The translations under genes were made by a program, and so were the position numbers. The notes below the pieces were generated by a model, which ran no database searches, was not told where the DNA came from, and saw nothing but the letters and a program-made list of their open reading frames with translations. From contig NW_020846276.1 of NCBI RefSeq assembly GCF_003704095.1, positions 124,001 to 188,000 on the forward strand: a stretch of DNA of 64,000 nucleotides, given 5' to 3'. Shown piece by piece: positions 59,923 to 64,000 of this stretch. Each line of letters begins with the position of its first letter. Within the stretch, counting starts at the first letter, position 1. The DNA comes from Pocillopora damicornis. Lineage: Eukaryota.

Positions 59923-62900
59923 TCACTGTCTTTGTGACTGCATAACACTCTAGATACTGTTGAAATGTAACTGCTTTACTTTAGGCATCGGGATCTTAAA
60001 AATAATTGGAAACATTTAAGGTAGCTAAATGGAAGGACACTACTAGCGCATCTTTATCTCAGCATGACGCTAAATTTTGGCCAAAGTGGACTAATGTTGC
60101 TTAACATGATTTAAATATTCAACTGAAGAGAAATTGGCGATTTGTAGATAAAATTAGTTAGTAGCATCCTAGTTGTTTTGTATTTCAAATTTTTAACCAG
60201 TAATAATTTACTGTAGTGACAAGGCTCTCTTCATAAAGGGTTTCATAAGGTAACGAACAATAAGTTTATATCAATTTTTGACTGTTTTTTTACAATTCAC
60301 GCTGGTTATCCGTGATGCATGATGTTGCTTACAAAAAAGAAAAAATCTTGCATTGCTAATTTGAGTTTGTGTCTCCGTAAAACGAACAATAACAAAACTA
60401 CCTCATAAGAAGACCTAGACCTTTCTAAGAGTTCTTAATATTTTGTAGTTTGCTGAAGTGATAGGAACACATTCGTATGTTTTTGCTATAGCAGATAACC
60501 ATAAAGAATCGTTGCATACATTTTTTCTCGTCAAGGGAAAATGTTTTCAAGTCTATATTTACTAGAATTTGTTTTAAATATTAACATTGAATTATCAAGA
60601 GACCAAAAGGTGATTCTTTGTAGTTTAGAGTAATATGAAGAAATTTGTAATATTCTAATAACCCATTAAATGGAAGGAAATAATTCGAGAAATAAGATTG
60701 TTCGCTTGAAAAATTACCGCATAGTATTCTGCTAGTAACGTGCCTTCCTTTCCTTTGAAAGTTATAAGTGCTGTTTCTTCACTTCATCATAAACTGGTAA
60801 GTATTGAGAGAACCATTCTATGAGCTTTGTTTTCTTGGAATTGGACAGAAGGGAGGGGCTCATTTGTGTTGAAGCCTAGGTTGTGTCTCCAAGCGCAGGT
60901 AACTCATCCTCAAATATTTTTTGCTACGACTTGCCGCTCACATTCTTCTTTGAGTAAAGGAAAAAATTCTAACTTGGACCTGAGCAAAACGGGGTAAAAC
61001 AGATGGAATTCATCAGTTAAAGCAGTAAGCTTTAACAAGTTCATGATCACAGGAATAAAAGTGACACCACTTCTGTTATGCCACAATAAACAGTACTATA
61101 CTTAGCAAAAAAAATCCTTTCATTCTGATATTTGATTACTAATTCACTGCAAAGGCTTAACGAATGATTTTCAAGTTGCAAGGATAAAGCTGATTGAAAG
61201 TAACTGGACTGAGTGGAATACCAAACTGGGAAAAATAATCCATCTAGAAATTTGTCTTTTACTGTGGTAGACTTGACTAAAAGTGAGTTTGGGGCAACAA
61301 CCAAAGAGAAAATTTGGGCCTAACCATAGAGCATGATATGGTTTATTTGGAATTGTACAAGTGTTGATTAAGACCATTTGGAACACATGAGAAGAGGAAT
61401 AAAGTTCTGAGAACACAATACTTAGAAACAACACCAATCTGTGGTAAGAATTTCTACAGTGCACCACAATAAAACACAGCACAGAGTAGACTTCTTTCAC
61501 CTTAAACCCATTTTCTTATCTAGGACAATTGCTTTTCACTTCCTACCCAAGGTAATGCTAGTCTACACACTCTGGAATGTTATCAAAGGAGAAAATTACT
61601 GAGAAAACGCAGTTCAACACTTCCGATGGTTTTACTTTCCAAGCTACCCGTTGAAGGTCCAACTTGTGGTTGGGTATTCCCTGAAAGCCTGAACACCATA
61701 TCATTTAGTTTTTGGCAAATCCCTGACCAACTTTAGACAACCAAAACCACCCCTCAACATTCAAAGCTTGTTTGCAAAAGTAACACAGCTTCATAAAAAG
61801 TTATTTTTCTTTTGATAAAATTGACCTCACAAACATAAACATAGCTTCCCTCTACATTCCCCTGGCGGACCTTGAGGGAACATGATAGATTTAAGCTTAC
61901 CCTTTAACTCCCATGATTGACCAAGACAGAATTTCTCCTTACAATATCAATACAATATCAACTAGATAAGAATAAAGAAAAACATTAACTTTGGAATAAT
62001 TAATTGATCCAATACTAAATTCTCTTGGTCATTATATTGGTCATAGGTTCAAATTACGTACAGACCTAAATTTTTTTTAGGCCTTATTTTCACTACTGCT
62101 TGAGTAGTGTTCATTACTGCAAAGATCGCTTTCATATTCATGTCTTTATCCTCAGTTCACATATATGATTTTCATATATTCACAGTCATTTACTATCAAA
62201 AGTATTTAACAGAAACATCTCATTATTTGCTGGATGTCATCACATGAACAGAGTATTAGAAAAATTTTATCTGTTCATGCTATGATATCCAGGAAATAAT
62301 CAGATCCTATATCTCTGAGCATGCATTAAGAACATCTGAACTAATACCTCACAAGAGGAACAAATGCAATGGCGGGCAAAATAACCCAACAAGAGCAAAA
62401 TTCAAAAGATATTTTATTAGTTAACAAAACATGATGACTTGTTCCTTCTGCCTTTTTGATAGAAAGTGATGTTTATAAAAACTTGTGAAATGAATGACAT
62501 TCCCAAAACATTCAAGGAGGCACACAGATATATGTTTCTAGGGCTTGCAGAATGGCAGTAAGTTACCAATACCTACATATGATCAGTATAGTTGGTTATT
62601 ATTACATCGTCTTTTCAAAAGAGAAAATTCTACATAGTTCCTCAGTTTGTCTCTGTATTAACTTCTTCCTCAGTCAACACAGTGGTACTATCAATTTCAA
62701 CTTACATAATGTTTTCTTTGGAGTGAATAAAAGTAATGAAGAAGAACATTGGTTGTTAGTTAAACTCTAAAAAAAGGCAAAGCTTAAAAGGGAAATTGAT
62801 CAAAGTTAAGAATATATAACTTTTGACAAAAATTTATTGAAAGTGATTTCAATCTGATTTCCAGAAAGACCTTTCTTTCAGACCTGTTTGTCATATGGAA

Positions 62901-63198
62901 TAAGCTTAGGAGTGAAAGTATTGGTGAAAATGGAAAGTCTACAATTAAGAGGTTGACTGTGCAGTCTGATTGAGGGTTGGTCTAATAAACACCAGGGTTA
63001 ATCACAGTTTGTGAAGCAAACATTCCCCCAACTGATAACAAAGAGAATGATCAGGTACCCCCACCTCCACCTCTAGAGGCAGGAATTTTCTCTCATTCCA
63101 AGGGAATGAAGTCTCTTTCCAACAGCACAAAGGCATTCTCAGTTTTTTTTTTACCTCTGTGTCTTCCAACTGGTTTTTTTGACAGCAAAAAATTTTAA

Positions 63199-63265
63199 CT
63201 ATTTTGTCTCCTTGACAAAAGCTTCTGCAAACACTGGTAGATTTCTGTAATTTCTCAGCAGCTCA
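63199..63265 (-). CDS. MED9: MED9 last exon, second copy (upstream exons expected beyond the window end)
   Basis: Identical 67-nt exon (ELLRNYRNLPVFAEAFVKETK*) with acceptor tttcaacAG. Confidence 0.78.
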
Positions 63266-64000
63266 CTGTTGAAATAATACACAGAGAAGGAAAAGCTTCA
63301 GGTGCTTTGCAAACCCTAAAATGTGCATGGGGTATGTTTTTTATTATCAAAGAAATCTCAATAAAAGGATCCATGTTGCAGAGGCCATATGCACCATTTC
63401 TGCACACAGTAAAGCCCATAAGCACAGTCTATTATACTCATGCTTCATGAAAATTTGATAAACCTACCCTGAGGGGAGTGTATATAAGAATAGCAGGTTA
63501 GGAATGTGAAGCACATACACTCCCTAATACCTCTGGAAATCTAAAAAAAGCATATCCTTATACCCAGTTTATTTGCAGAAATAAGCTGATGTGACTGACC
63601 TCACTTGTCCTCTTTTGTTTTTGCCAAGCATGCAAAAAATGCCCAAGGTACAAACCTCTATACAGTTCATGCTTATTTCAGAAAATCACTTTGTCTTGTG
63701 TTTCTTATTCATAGCCAAAGAGATTGTTTCATTCGGCATACCCTCTTAAGGGTCAAATGACAGAAAAAGCACTATGTCTGGAACTGATTATGTATACAGA
63801 AAGAATCTAAGTGATAAGGAAATTTTGCTGTTTTGATTTACTAAACTTTTCCCTGTTCTTCTGAACCCCTAAAATAAAATATTATTGATTAAATCACTCT
63901 TGCCCCATGCCCCTTCATCCCTTTTGCACTCAAAACATCTTTATTTTGTTCTTCAATGTTGACCTCAAGAAAAAAGCACCCTATGCCCCTTTAAAACCAT

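Noticed and set aside
59610-59948. 112-aa ORF and apparent hairpin across the gap
   Set aside because: It joins two different sacsin 3' ends in opposite orientation across 100 N.

Overview
AT-rich animal genomic DNA with spliceosomal introns. The repeat families and gene content suggest a cnidarian, probably a stony coral; this is inferred. It is a draft scaffold with nine N-gaps, and several long ORF-track entries are artefacts of reading through N. From left to right: (1) a divergent four-EF-hand calmodulin-like gene (+, ends 6851) with several candidate first exons; (2) a 22-exon TTC7 gene (+, 8310-20518), the PI4KA-complex scaffold; (3) a cluster of three sacsin-like (SACS) paralogues that the assembly has scrambled, seen as three 5' regions, three versions of one internal segment and three 3' ends, including an uninterrupted 3,715-aa reading frame (37274-48421) with two Hsp90-like SRR repeats, a J-domain (HPD) and a HEPN domain; (4) 3' exons of MED9 on the minus strand, missed by the ORF track and present twice; (5) a decayed copy of TTC7 exons 12-22. 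The pieces fit a tandem duplication with breakpoints inside TTC7 and MED9, plus an inverted duplication of sacsin, so sacsin was the only gene copied whole. Highlights: the sacsins appear to lack the N-terminal ubiquitin-like domain and carry an R-x4-H string in HEPN; the intact TTC7 has lost the stop codon that its pseudogene keeps; an insertion can be seen at both its filled and empty site; and there are Penelope-type hammerhead ribozyme relics.
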